A stretch of DNA of 64,000 nt, taken from the NCBI GenBank assembly GCA_964576005.1, contig CAZNTM010000001.1, positions 3,711 through 67,710 of the forward strand, in the 5' to 3' direction. Source of the DNA: an uncultured Gammaproteobacteria bacterium (GTDB lineage: Bacteria; Patescibacteriota; Patescibacteriia; JACRJV01). This document shows, one piece after another, positions 48,150 through 58,147 of the stretch (position 1 is its first letter; each line of letters opens with the position of its first letter). The position numbers and the translations under genes were made by a program. Under the pieces are notes generated by a model. It was not told where the DNA came from. It made no database searches and worked only from the letters and a program-made list of their open reading frames with translations.

Positions 48150-49663
48150 GACATCCATTGCCGCTGTATCCGTTGCTCATTGGCGTGTTTCTGATCCTTT
48201 CATTGTACGCCGTAAACCGTTACTGGGTAACTGCCGATGTGCTCGTGGTGCCGATGTTGATGGTGATCGCCTTCGTCATCGCGAGTTGGTGTGCGGGTGT
48301 ATGGGTGCTGAAAGATCGTCAGGCCGCAGCGCTGCTCGTCGCGTTTTCTCTCTTGATGTTCTTTTCCTATGGTTACGTGCGCGATAGTGCGACGACGCTC
48401 ATGGGCGGCGTGTACGGGATCGCCCGGCATCGGTATCTCTATCCGCTCTGGCTCGGAGCTTTCGGTGTCGGGGTGATATGGATTGTGAGAAGGCGCCGGA
48501 ACTACGATCATGTGACGTCGTTTTTCACATTAGTTTCTCTCGTGCTCGTGTGCCTGCCTGTCCTCGTGATGGTCCAGGCCGCATTGATTCATCCGCGGGC
48601 ATCCAATCGCGACATCGGTGCCTCGGTGAATAAAGCGACAGGAGACCACGCGCGTCAGTTTCCGGATATCTATTATATCATCCTCGATGGGTATAGTCGG
48701 GCCGATACACTTCGAAGCCTTTATCGCTACGACAACGAAGATTTTTTGCGTTTCTTGCGCAAGCGGGGCTTTTTTATCGCCGGAGAGAGTACGAGCAATT
48801 ACGCCACGACGCCGCTCTCGCTTGCTTCTTCGCTCAACATGACCTACCTTACCGATGTCACAGTAGACGCCGAAAGAAGCGGGAAGGGTTTCGCATTTTT
48901 GAATTCATTGATCCGGAAGAATGCAGTGGTAAATTTTTTAAAATCGTATGGGTACACCATCGTACAATTTCGTTCAGGGTGGGAACCCACTGACCGTGGG
49001 CTTTCTCTCGTGGATAAGAAGATCTCGTGCGGCGGGTTGAGCGGATTCAATGAAGCGCTCATTCGCACGACCATGTTGCGGCCGTTTCGTAGGATGCTCG
49101 ATCAGGAGCATCGGAATCGAATCCGCTGCATCTTCGCCGGGCTTCCCGATTCGGATCATCAGACGAAAGGACCGCGGTTCATTTTTGCACATCTCTTGGT
49201 CCCACATCCTCCGTTTATCTTTCGTCATGACGGCCAACCTCGAGATGTCCAAGGCGACGTTGAGCTTGGTGAAGCTCTCGACTGGACGGACCGCAGTGGG
49301 TACATTGAGCAACTCCAGTTTGTGAATGCCCAAGTGGAGCAGGTCATTGATCGCATTCTTTCTGCTCGCGCCGATCATCCACCCGTCATCGTACTTCAGG
49401 GAGATCATGGTTCGGCGTCTACCGGTGAGTGGGAGCACCCCAGTCCACAGATGCTCAAAGAACGCATGCGGATTTTTAACGCCTATCTTCTTCCCGTTGA
49501 TCATCGAGCGAAACTCTCCCCATCCGTGACTCCCGTCAATACGTTTCGAATTATTTTTCATAACTACTTCGACGCCGGATATGAGCTTTTGCCTGACGAA
49601 AATTACTTCTCCAACTACGACAAACCCTATGCACTCACGAAGGTGACCAGCCAAGTCCGTTGA
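48146..49663 (+). CDS. Membrane-anchored alkaline-phosphatase/sulfatase-superfamily transferase
   Basis: Five N-terminal TM segments; PDIYYIILDGY, SNY..T..S, H...PH.P, QGDHG. Confidence 0.85.
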   Translation: MRHPLPLYPLLIGVFLILSLYAVNRYWVTADVLVVPMLMVIAFVIASWCAGVWVLKDRQAAALLVAFSLLMFFSYGYVRDSATTLMGGVYGIARHRYLYPLWLGAFGVGVIWIVRRRRNYDHVTSFFTLVSLVLVCLPVLVMVQAALIHPRASNRDIGASVNKATGDHARQFPDIYYIILDGYSRADTLRSLYRYDNEDFLRFLRKRGFFIAGESTSNYATTPLSLASSLNMTYLTDVTVDAERSGKGFAFLNSLIRKNAVVNFLKSYGYTIVQFRSGWEPTDRGLSLVDKKISCGGLSGFNEALIRTTMLRPFRRMLDQEHRNRIRCIFAGLPDSDHQTKGPRFIFAHLLVPHPPFIFRHDGQPRDVQGDVELGEALDWTDRSGYIEQLQFVNAQVEQVIDRILSARADHPPVIVLQGDHGSASTGEWEHPSPQMLKERMRIFNAYLLPVDHRAKLSPSVTPVNTFRIIFHNYFDAGYELLPDENYFSNYDKPYALTKVTSQVR

Positions 49664-49843
49664 GTTTTGCGTCTGTCCTAAAGACAATATGGAATTGCCA
49701 TTCGGTGAAGCCCGTGATACGATGTTTTCTTCTGAAGCCTTCACACATTTTGAAGGCAATTCTTCTTCATTGGGCCTGATCGCGATTGAACGATCTTGTA
49801 AAGTAGGGAGAGAACCAGTAACATAAGCGGTGAACTTTTTGAT

Positions 49844-50809
49844 ATGGAGATGAAGGTTCTTGTTGTCGGTGGTGCAGGGTACATTGGCGGGTGTGTTACT
49901 GATCGCCTGTTGGAACAAGGCATTCCCTTTACTGTCTACGATAACCTCACGTACGAAAATCATTATCTCAAACCCGTCGAGTTCATCTACGGGGACGTTC
50001 GCAATAGAGCAAAGCTTGCCGAGTTGTTGCCGCAGCATACGCATGTCATCTGGTTAGCTGCGATTGTCGGTGATGGAGCCTGCGTCATCAAACCGGAGTT
50101 GACGCGTGCGGTTAATGCGGAGTCGGTTGCTTGGTTGGCTGAACACTTTAATGGCCGCATTATTTTTACCTCGACTTGTTCTGTCTACGGCGCCAATAAT
50201 GAGCCGGTTTCAGAAACCTCGCCGACGCAGCCCCTCTCGGTCTACGCGCAGACAAAATTAGAAGCCGAACGACACCTTGAAGGGAAGAACGCGCTTCTCT
50301 TGCGTTTAGGCACCGCCTTTGGTCGTTCTGATCACTATTCGCGCGTCCGCATGGATCTCGCCGTCAATTACATGACGATGAATGCAATCAGCAAAGGGTC
50401 GCTCACTATTTTTGGCGGCGATCAGTGGCGGCCGTTCATGCATGTGCGCGATATCGGTGCAACGATTGTGGAGAGTCTTTCAAAAAAAGAAGCAGGGATT
50501 TACAACTGGGCCACCGTGAATGCCTCAATTCGGGAGATCGGCGAGGCGATTCGGCAGCATACCAACTGCACCGTGACGTTCACGACGCGTGAGTTTGAAG
50601 ATCATCGGAACTATCGGGCGGATACGGCGAAGGCCCATGCCGCCAATCTTTTACCCGTGAGTACGCCATACACGGTTGCATTCGGCGTCAAGGAGATGCA
50701 GGAGCTTGTCTGCTCGCAGCGAATCAAAAATCTTGAACACGAGTTTTACTCCAATCAGCGGTGGCTCTTGAAAGCGATTGACTCCTACGAGAACGGCCTT
50801 CACCACTAG
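49844..50809 (+). CDS. NAD-dependent epimerase/reductase (extended SDR)
   Basis: GGAGYIG, LAAIVGD, STCSVYG, YAQTK, R.DL.VN, WRP..HV.D. Confidence 0.9.
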   Translation: MEMKVLVVGGAGYIGGCVTDRLLEQGIPFTVYDNLTYENHYLKPVEFIYGDVRNRAKLAELLPQHTHVIWLAAIVGDGACVIKPELTRAVNAESVAWLAEHFNGRIIFTSTCSVYGANNEPVSETSPTQPLSVYAQTKLEAERHLEGKNALLLRLGTAFGRSDHYSRVRMDLAVNYMTMNAISKGSLTIFGGDQWRPFMHVRDIGATIVESLSKKEAGIYNWATVNASIREIGEAIRQHTNCTVTFTTREFEDHRNYRADTAKAHAANLLPVSTPYTVAFGVKEMQELVCSQRIKNLEHEFYSNQRWLLKAIDSYENGLHH

Positions 50810-50813
50810 TGCC

Positions 50814-51272
50814 ATGCCTTCCGATCAGCCGATTCCATTTATCCGTGCACTCGAGCCAACGACGGATGACCGCGGAGTGTTCATGTCTTTACTCGCGAGC
50901 ACCAATGCGTTGAGCGAGCAGGACGGCCTCGCCATCAAACGGGTGTACTCCGTCTACAACTACGCCACGGGGATCGTGCGTGGTTTTCACTACCATAAGC
51001 GAGAGTGGAAATACTTTGTGATTGTTGCGGGGGCGGCAAAATTCATTGCCATCAATCCGGACAAACCCGAGGAGCGTTTCGTGTTTGTGAGTTCCGTTCG
51101 CCGGCCAAATTTGGTCGTGGTTCCTCCTGGATTTGCGAACGCCTGGGTATCGCTCGAGCCCTCTACTATGCTCGTGTGCGCTTCGACCGCGAGTCTTGAG
51201 GAATCCATTGCCGACGATCACCGCTACGATCCGTATACCTGGGGGGATCTCTGGAGCGTGAAAGGACGCTGA
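50814..51272 (+). CDS. RmlC-like cupin sugar epimerase/isomerase
   Basis: DDRG, VRGFHYH, VPPGFAN. Confidence 0.85.
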   Translation: MPSDQPIPFIRALEPTTDDRGVFMSLLASTNALSEQDGLAIKRVYSVYNYATGIVRGFHYHKREWKYFVIVAGAAKFIAINPDKPEERFVFVSSVRRPNLVVVPPGFANAWVSLEPSTMLVCASTASLEESIADDHRYDPYTWGDLWSVKGR

Positions 51273-51290
51273 CGTTTGGCGAAGAGCCAT

Positions 51291-52250
51291 ATGCACTCCC
51301 TCATCACCGGTGGCGCAGGATTTATCGGCTCGCACCTTGCTGATGCATTACTTTTACGCGGCGATCGCGTCACGGTACTTGACAATCTTTCGACGGGCAG
51401 GCTGGAGAACATTGCCTCACAGAAAGATAATCCAGATTTTCGCTTTGTCAACGGCTCAATTTTGGATGGGTCGGTCGTTGATGAGCTGGTGAGCGGTGCT
51501 GATGTAGTGTATCATTTGGCCGCAGCCGTGGGAGTCCAACTTATTCTTGATCGCCCTTTGGAAGCCCTGACCACGAATATTCATGGCACTGAAGTCGTTT
51601 TAGACGCGGTGCATCGGCATCACAAGAAGATGCTGTTTACCTCGACCTCCGAGGTGTACGGCAAGAACACGAGCGATGCCCTCGAGGAAGACGATGATCG
51701 TATTCTGGGCTCGCCTTTGAAAACTCGCTGGGGGTATTCAATGGCCAAGGCACTCGATGAGCTCGTGGCCCATCTTTTCTGGAAGGAGAAGGGAGTCTCT
51801 ATCGTGATCGTGCGCTTGTTTAACACGGTCGGCCCGCGCCAGAGTGGGGCGTATGGCATGGTGATTCCGCGCTTTGTCGGCCAAGCGTTGCGCGGTGAGG
51901 ACGTGACGATTTTTGGTACTGGCAGACAGCGTCGTTGTTTTTTGCACGTTGCGGATGCCATCCGCGCCTTCTTGTTGCTTATTCAAAACGAACAGGCGTT
52001 CGGATCGGTGTTGAACGTCGGCAGTAGCAGCGAAATTAGCATTGAAGATCTTGCGAAGAAAATTATCGCGATGACCGGCAGTCGCTCGCGTCTCGTTTAT
52101 ATCCCATATGAGAAAGCCTATGGAGAAGACTTTGAAGATATGGAGCGTCGCGTGCCCTCCACCGAGCGGTTGGGCCGACTGATCGGTTGGACACCGACTG
52201 TGGATCTCGACACCATTCTTCAGTCGGTCGTCGCGGCGTTCTCCGTATGA
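51291..52250 (+). CDS. NAD-dependent NDP-sugar epimerase/decarboxylase-like
   Basis: ITGGAGFIGSHL, HLAAAVGV, STSEVYGK, RW.Y...K, RLFNTVGPRQ...YGMV.PRF. Confidence 0.92.
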   Translation: MHSLITGGAGFIGSHLADALLLRGDRVTVLDNLSTGRLENIASQKDNPDFRFVNGSILDGSVVDELVSGADVVYHLAAAVGVQLILDRPLEALTTNIHGTEVVLDAVHRHHKKMLFTSTSEVYGKNTSDALEEDDDRILGSPLKTRWGYSMAKALDELVAHLFWKEKGVSIVIVRLFNTVGPRQSGAYGMVIPRFVGQALRGEDVTIFGTGRQRRCFLHVADAIRAFLLLIQNEQAFGSVLNVGSSSEISIEDLAKKIIAMTGSRSRLVYIPYEKAYGEDFEDMERRVPSTERLGRLIGWTPTVDLDTILQSVVAAFSV

Positions 52251-54091
52251 TCATTGCTGCCATTGGTGTTGGGACAATGCTCACCAGCCTCGTGTTGGTC
52301 TGGCTCATTGGCAACCGCTGTTATCGGTACGGTTGGGTCGTGGTCCCTCGGCGCGATCGTTGGCACCAAAGTCCGGTCGCGCGCTACGGCGGAGTCGGCA
52401 TTGCATGTGCATTTTTTTTAGGCGTCGTCGCATATTCTCTCGCGACTGGCGTGATACCGCCACGGGAACATGTTGCGTTTCTTGTGGGCGCGTTTGGTGT
52501 CTACGTCGTCGGACTTGTTGATGATATCGTAACCATTAAACCGTCGACGAAGCTCATCGGTCAAATTGTTGCGGTGAGTCTCCCGATCGCAGCCGGGGTC
52601 ATCATTGCGGCAACCCCGTGGTACCTCGCCAATGTTCTCCTCACCTTCTTTTGGTTTATCGGGATCGTGAATGCGACGAATCTTATTGATAACATGGATG
52701 GACTTGCTGCCGGTGTCGTCGCCATTGCGCTTGCGACACTTCTGACGTTGCAAGTCATTGGCTTCTCTCTTGTTTCCCAGGAGATCTCTGTGGGTATTGC
52801 CGTGGCGCTGCTCGGAGCTGTCCTTGGTTTTTTGGTTTTTAATTACCATCCGGCGAAAATTTTTATGGGCGACGCCGGCAGTCTCTTATTGGGATATGTG
52901 TTGGCCGGTCTCGTTCCATCCACGCGACTGAATAGTTCACTTCCGGCATCCTCTGTGCTGTTGTCCTTGATTCTCCCAGTCACGGTCCTCGCGATCCCGA
53001 TTTTTGATACCATCTTGGTGACGATGAGTCGTCTTTGGCACGGCCGGGCGCCTTCGGTGGGAGGGCGCGATCACAGCTCGCATCGTCTTGTGGGCCTCGG
53101 ATTTTCTGAACGTCGGGCGGTTGCCATTTTGTGGGCATTTTCGTTTGTGGGAGGGATGAGTGCGGTGGCCTTGCGATTGTGGCCAGTCAATGCCGTGCTC
53201 ATCGTCGGGCTCTATGCAACCTTTCTCACCTTTGTGGGCATTTACCTCTGGCGTGTCAAATCCTATGCTGCACCCGACAATCTACCGCTGAGATCGCGGT
53301 GGACTCCCATGGTTGTTGACGTGCTCTATAAACGGCGCATCGCCGAAGTGCTCCTTGATTTTATATTGATCGCTGGAGCGTATTACGCCGCGTTTTACCT
53401 GCGCTTTGAAGGGACGCTCAAGGAACATGCCGATCGCTACATTGAGTCCCTTCCGATCGTCATTGTTGCAAGTTTAATCGCCTTTTTTTTCTCCGGCGTC
53501 TACCGTGGCATCTGGCGCTTCATTACGGTTGCGGACCTGGGGCGATACATGCAGGGGGTGTTGTTTGGTACCAGTACCTCCATTGCGCTTGTTGCTGGTC
53601 TCTATGGCTTCCGCGGCTACTCCCGAGCGGTGTTTATTATCTACGGGGTCCTACTCTTTTTACTTACCGCAGGTTCCCGTCTTTCCTTCCGTGTTTTTGA
53701 CGATATTGTGGGCAAGCGCGCTCTCAAGATGCGAACCGTCGGCATTTTTATCTATGGAGCTGGACGGGCTGGGCGACTTCTTTACGATGAATGCTCCCAG
53801 AACGAGCGCTATGCGCATGTTCGGGTGCTTGGCTTTCTCGACGATGATCCAGGCAAACGCCATCTCTTGATGGTCGGTGTGCCCATTTACGGCGTTGAGG
53901 ATATCGCCGCTGTTGTTGAGGTTCCGGTATCGTCCCCGATCGAGCTTTGGATTGCATCACGGAAAATTCCGGACGACCGCGCGCGTACCGTCGTGGCGGC
54001 ACTCGAAGAGAATCTTCACACCACGATGTTTGTCCGTCGCTTCGGTATCCAAGTAGAAGACGACGCCGGTGGTGCCCATTTCAACGGCTAG
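52247..54091 (+). CDS. WecA/TagO-type polyprenyl-phosphate HexNAc-1-P transferase fused to a PglF/CapD-like N-terminal TM plus Rossmann module
   Basis: GGV.I, GL.DD, NA.NLID.MDGLA, FN..PAKIFMGDAGS, PIFDT, DH.SHRL; then LRF, GVYRG.WRF, IYGAG.AG, GFLDDDP.K. Confidence 0.88.
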   Translation: MIIAAIGVGTMLTSLVLVWLIGNRCYRYGWVVVPRRDRWHQSPVARYGGVGIACAFFLGVVAYSLATGVIPPREHVAFLVGAFGVYVVGLVDDIVTIKPSTKLIGQIVAVSLPIAAGVIIAATPWYLANVLLTFFWFIGIVNATNLIDNMDGLAAGVVAIALATLLTLQVIGFSLVSQEISVGIAVALLGAVLGFLVFNYHPAKIFMGDAGSLLLGYVLAGLVPSTRLNSSLPASSVLLSLILPVTVLAIPIFDTILVTMSRLWHGRAPSVGGRDHSSHRLVGLGFSERRAVAILWAFSFVGGMSAVALRLWPVNAVLIVGLYATFLTFVGIYLWRVKSYAAPDNLPLRSRWTPMVVDVLYKRRIAEVLLDFILIAGAYYAAFYLRFEGTLKEHADRYIESLPIVIVASLIAFFFSGVYRGIWRFITVADLGRYMQGVLFGTSTSIALVAGLYGFRGYSRAVFIIYGVLLFLLTAGSRLSFRVFDDIVGKRALKMRTVGIFIYGAGRAGRLLYDECSQNERYAHVRVLGFLDDDPGKRHLLMVGVPIYGVEDIAAVVEVPVSSPIELWIASRKIPDDRARTVVAALEENLHTTMFVRRFGIQVEDDAGGAHFNG

Positions 54092-54104
54092 GTCGGAATG
54101 GCTC

Positions 54105-54887
54105 ATGCTCTTTCCCTACAAGTTGCTGCAAGGACTTCTGCTCCCTCCCATGCTGGTCTTGGTCGGGATGCTTCTCGCCATATGGTTGATGAGCCGTAAC
54201 CTCCGGTGGGCAAAGCGCGTGCTTTTGGCAAGCTCAATCGTATACTATCTCTTGAGTATCGAACCGACCGCAGCCCTCTTGCTTCGTGATCTTGAGCGCC
54301 GCGTGCCCTCCCGCGCGCACGCAACGCGGGATATGACTGCAATTCTCGTGCTTGCCGGTGGAGCACAGCCGAGCCATGATGGGCGTCCGGCCGAATTGTC
54401 CGCTGCAAGTGCCAAGCGCCTCTGGAGAGCAATTCAACTGTATCGCGAGGGCGAGGGGCGCGTTCCCATTCTCTATGCCGGTGGACCATGGATACCCAGC
54501 GGTACCATAGTGGACGAGCCCTCGATCGCCGCGTCGTTTGCCGTTTTGGCCGGCGTCCCTGCCGAAGACTTTTGGCTCGAAACGCATTCACGCACGACCG
54601 AAGAGAGCGCCGCGGCGGTACGTGCCCTACTCCACGAGCGTTTTCCGAGCGCGATTGCCCACCGCATGATACTGGTGACGTCTGCGTGGCATATCCGTCG
54701 GGCGGTCGAGGCATTTCGTGCGCCTGATGTCAGTATTATTCCCGTCGGGGTCGATTTTTCTGCCCCCAGGACGTTCACGTCCTTGAGTTTTCTTCCCAGT
54801 GCCGAGTCATTCGGAACATCGGTGCGTGCGCTCCGGGAGTGGCTGGGAATTTTGGTCTATCGGGCAGGGCGTCTGTCTTCTCATTGA
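54105..54887 (+). CDS. ElyC/YdcF (DUF218) family protein
   Basis: N-terminal TMs, VLAGG, E..SRTT.E, LVTSAWH..RA, LREWLG. Confidence 0.88.
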   Translation: MLFPYKLLQGLLLPPMLVLVGMLLAIWLMSRNLRWAKRVLLASSIVYYLLSIEPTAALLLRDLERRVPSRAHATRDMTAILVLAGGAQPSHDGRPAELSAASAKRLWRAIQLYREGEGRVPILYAGGPWIPSGTIVDEPSIAASFAVLAGVPAEDFWLETHSRTTEESAAAVRALLHERFPSAIAHRMILVTSAWHIRRAVEAFRAPDVSIIPVGVDFSAPRTFTSLSFLPSAESFGTSVRALREWLGILVYRAGRLSSH

Positions 54888-54921
54888 CAGGTCGTACGGC
54901 GTATTGTTAGGATGCCGCCGT

Positions 54922-56022
54922 ATGGATGAATTTCAACCACCGTCGAGCTTCCCCGGTTCCCGTGCAGCAGTGAGAGTGTCGGAGGGGCAGACGCGCGATG
55001 ATGGTGTCTTTACGATCATGGATTACCTGAATGCGCTCTTCCGGCGTTGGAAGGTTTTTGTCGCCGTGGTGTTGGCGTTTCTTGCCATTGGTTTTTTGTA
55101 TTTTAAGTCACTGCCGGTCGCTCCCTATGAACATACGGCGATCATAGAGATTGCCAACGGCGCCGATGGGAATGCCTTGGAAAGTGCCCAGAAGGTTGCA
55201 GCTCGTCTTGAGGAGGCTTATATCCCCGTCGCACTCAAATCACACGCCCAAGAATATGGGTATGACGAGCAGCGCTATGTCGTGACAGCGCAGATACCGA
55301 AGGACGCGACGGATCTCATCGCCCTACGAGCTCCCGGGGATCTGACTGACACAAAGGACCTGGTGGAGATTGAGCAGCGTATCGCGGACCTGCTGATCAA
55401 AGATCATAAGGCGCGCCTCGAAGGGCTCCGTGCCGCCTTAGAGCAAGAACGCGATCGCATTGCACTTTCGCTCGTTGCAGTCAAAGATCGCGAAAAATTT
55501 TTACCGCGCAAGCGTGCCAGCATTTTGGAAGAACAAAAATTGCTCCTGCGGCAAATTGAGAATGCCACCGGGACGGTCCGTGCTGCAGAGCAAGACCGTA
55601 CACGTCTGCTTGCCAAGGCGGTGGACTATGGCGGCAGTGATCGCTCGTTCATTGATCTCGTGTTGCTTATTGATAACACCATTGCCGAGCAACGCGATAA
55701 AGTCAGGATCCTGGAGAACCAACTTCATGTTGTCGTGAACGATAAAAGAACTGCGGTGGATAAGGAAGAATTTGACTTAAAAGCAGAACAGCGCCAGTTG
55801 CAGTTAAACACGGTCGAGGCGGAAAAAAAACTTGAGCATCTCGGAACGACTCGGTTGCTCGCTCGCCCGACGCGTTTGCCTGGCCGACTTCCTTCCGCCA
55901 ACCGCGTCCAGGGTATGGCAATTGTCGGCCTCACGGGCCTTATCGCCGGTTTATTTGCTGTTGCCGTCTTTGAAACAGCTTCCCGGTCGCTTGGGCGCAG
56001 AGGAGAGTTTCCGCGCGCTTAG
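54922..56022 (+). CDS. Wzz-type polysaccharide chain-length regulator
   Basis: DYL..L.RRW followed by a TM, long coiled coil, Pro-rich segment and Gly-rich C-terminal TM. Confidence 0.75.
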   Translation: MDEFQPPSSFPGSRAAVRVSEGQTRDDGVFTIMDYLNALFRRWKVFVAVVLAFLAIGFLYFKSLPVAPYEHTAIIEIANGADGNALESAQKVAARLEEAYIPVALKSHAQEYGYDEQRYVVTAQIPKDATDLIALRAPGDLTDTKDLVEIEQRIADLLIKDHKARLEGLRAALEQERDRIALSLVAVKDREKFLPRKRASILEEQKLLLRQIENATGTVRAAEQDRTRLLAKAVDYGGSDRSFIDLVLLIDNTIAEQRDKVRILENQLHVVVNDKRTAVDKEEFDLKAEQRQLQLNTVEAEKKLEHLGTTRLLARPTRLPGRLPSANRVQGMAIVGLTGLIAGLFAVAVFETASRSLGRRGEFPRA

Positions 56023-56283
56023 ATCTTGGCGCGACGTCGCGCGACGACCAGATATCAGCGCGAAGAATTCGATAGCCACCACGGCGCCCACGAGACGCAC
56101 GGGGGTAAATTTCCCTAGAAAACGTTCAGACATTGAGAGAACAATGTAGAGGAGTCCGAGCGAGAGCAGCACCGAGAGTGCTGCTCGTTCGATTCGATCA
56201 GTCCATGGGACGATCCGATCAGTGAGAAGGAATCCGGGAATCACGAGAAGCAACGGGAGCAGCAGGATGGTGATGAGGATCAT
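55951..56283 (-). CDS. Small membrane protein (DUF1616-like)
   Basis: IPGF.L......D.IER.ALS..LS; three TMs; start overlaps the upstream stop. Confidence 0.65.
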   Translation of the reverse strand: MILITILLLPLLLVIPGFLLTDRIVPWTDRIERAALSVLLSLGLLYIVLSMSERFLGKFTPVRLVGAVVAIEFFALISGRRATSRQDLSARKLSSAPKRPGSCFKDGNSK

Positions 56284-58001
56284 AGATGTGTACTCGAAGG
56301 TTTATCAAGATTGAAGGGGAGAAACTTCCAGACATGTGGGCTGATATTGGTAATTCGTGGATTTTCACGGAGAAAACGTCGTAGTGCGAGGGAGGGTTGT
56401 TGGCGATCTCCGATAAAGAGATAGATTGGTTTTTTATACATCGCTAACATAGCCTCTCGGTCCACGTTTTCTCTCGTGCTCCAAAATTGATTCCACATTG
56501 TGTATGTCCAGAGATCCCAGGTGAGCCATCCAGGCGCAATCGTTGGCTCAAAACCGGTATAGGCGTAGACCCAGGGGGTGTACATCGCATCCGTTGCCAT
56601 GGTGTAAACATATGGTCTTTGGGAGCCCACCATCTCCATCACTGCGGTCAGCTCTGCGGCTTCGCTGGTGGTAAACTGTGGCGGATGGTTCAGGATAACA
56701 CCGGCGCTAAAGAGCAGCGCCCCAATCCCTAAGAGCCCCAACCAGAGCTGGCTCATGGCGTATTGTCGGATGCGGATAAGAAAGGTCAAGAGCACTGGTG
56801 CGGCAAGGAGCAACACCATGCTGTCTAGAGCAATGAGATTGCGGTGTTGGTAGAGTACCGGCGCTGACGAAAGTGCGAGCAGGACTGCAACCAAGATGGG
56901 GAAGAGGAGCATTCGCCCTTCGGTAGCGGCAGACCGAAACAGCTTGAGCTGCTGAAGAAACCCCAACGTGGCAAATGGAAGGTAAAAGAGACTATTGAGA
57001 CGCATCGTGGCGAACGGGATGAAGAGGCCCTTACGGTGTTCAACTTCCCATAGTGCCCCGGTGGTCGCGAGGCCCTTATATCGAAAGATAAATTCGAAGT
57101 AGTTGGCGATGTCTTCTTTTGTTTTTAACGAGAGTATAAGTCCGGCCCCGATGATGGCGCTGATCGTGAGCCAAAAGGTCTCACGATCAATCCTTCGCGT
57201 GCGAGAGAGTTGCCAAACGATCCGTATCGCGAGATAGAGCGCTAACGCAATGGAAAATGGGATCGCGGTTTGGAGGTGGACCGCCGCACCCACTGCCGCC
57301 AACGGCAGTGCGATCCATTGGCCGCGGAGAAAAAAGCCAAGTGCAAAAAGAAGAAAAGGAAGCGCCGCGGATTGTTTATAAAACATCCACCAATACCCCA
57401 TATATTGGTTAATGGAGACGGCAGCAAGAATGAGGACAATGACTCCAATGGTTTCGCGTTGGCGTTTCGAAACCGGCAAGGAGCGAGCAAGAAAGTAGAG
57501 TGCTCCTAAAGTGAGGGCTTGGTGCAGAAGGTGGAGCGCATGGATTGCGACAAGAGGAGAAATCCCAAGATGGTAGGCGATAAACCAGGGTGTATAGGCG
57601 ATATTGCTCGTCCCTAGTGTTTTTAAGCTCGTACCTGCGGGGGTCACGAGGGTAAAATATCTCCAGTAGAAGCCGGTATCGTATCCCAGTGGCGCCTCCC
57701 CAAAGCGCAAAAATGGCAGAATACGGAGGCTCATAAAAAAAACAGACGCTCCGAGCACAATAAGGGCGTATCGTTCGGGAGTAAGCCACAAGGAGCTTTC
57801 ATGGTTATTCTCATTCGTCGGTCCTTGAGCAAGTACGAGATAAATGAAGAGAGCGTAGAGTAAAAATGGAACCTGGAAGAGTAGCGGCATTGCTTCGTAG
57901 GTCGCGAGCGTCAGTAACACCATAAAAACTACACCTACGGCAATAGGCTTAGATCGTAATTGCAGCCATTCCATTACTATTTTTTTACTGTGCATAACCA
58001 T
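56280..58001 (-). CDS. GT-C-like multi-pass membrane glycosyltransferase candidate
   Basis: PLGYDTGFY first-loop motif, about 13 TMs, C-terminal soluble domain. Confidence 0.6.
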   Translation of the reverse strand: MVMHSKKIVMEWLQLRSKPIAVGVVFMVLLTLATYEAMPLLFQVPFLLYALFIYLVLAQGPTNENNHESSLWLTPERYALIVLGASVFFMSLRILPFLRFGEAPLGYDTGFYWRYFTLVTPAGTSLKTLGTSNIAYTPWFIAYHLGISPLVAIHALHLLHQALTLGALYFLARSLPVSKRQRETIGVIVLILAAVSINQYMGYWWMFYKQSAALPFLLFALGFFLRGQWIALPLAAVGAAVHLQTAIPFSIALALYLAIRIVWQLSRTRRIDRETFWLTISAIIGAGLILSLKTKEDIANYFEFIFRYKGLATTGALWEVEHRKGLFIPFATMRLNSLFYLPFATLGFLQQLKLFRSAATEGRMLLFPILVAVLLALSSAPVLYQHRNLIALDSMVLLLAAPVLLTFLIRIRQYAMSQLWLGLLGIGALLFSAGVILNHPPQFTTSEAAELTAVMEMVGSQRPYVYTMATDAMYTPWVYAYTGFEPTIAPGWLTWDLWTYTMWNQFWSTRENVDREAMLAMYKKPIYLFIGDRQQPSLALRRFLRENPRITNISPHVWKFLPFNLDKPSSTHL

Positions 58002-58064
58002 TGCTTTGCCCGTTGTCAGGAAAGTTTGTATAATGGTACTACACTTGTGGATAAGTGTGTATAA
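57989..58064 (-). promoter_or_regulatory. Cluster of co-oriented DnaA boxes overlapping a sigma70 promoter
   Basis: TGTGCATAA 57989, TTTGTATAA 58025, TGTGGATAA 58046, TGTGTATAA 58056; TTGCCC-17-TATAAT ending at 58034. Confidence 0.65.
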
Positions 58065-58147
58065 GTTTTTTTATAGAGTTTCATTCTTAGCTGGTTCATC
58101 TTAATTGAGCCCAAATTAATTGGCAAATCTTAAACCTTTGAGTCTTT

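Noticed and set aside
48974-50044. 356-aa minus-strand ORF and the many other antisense ORFs
   Set aside because: They are shadows of well-supported genes on the opposite strand and have no recognisable motifs.
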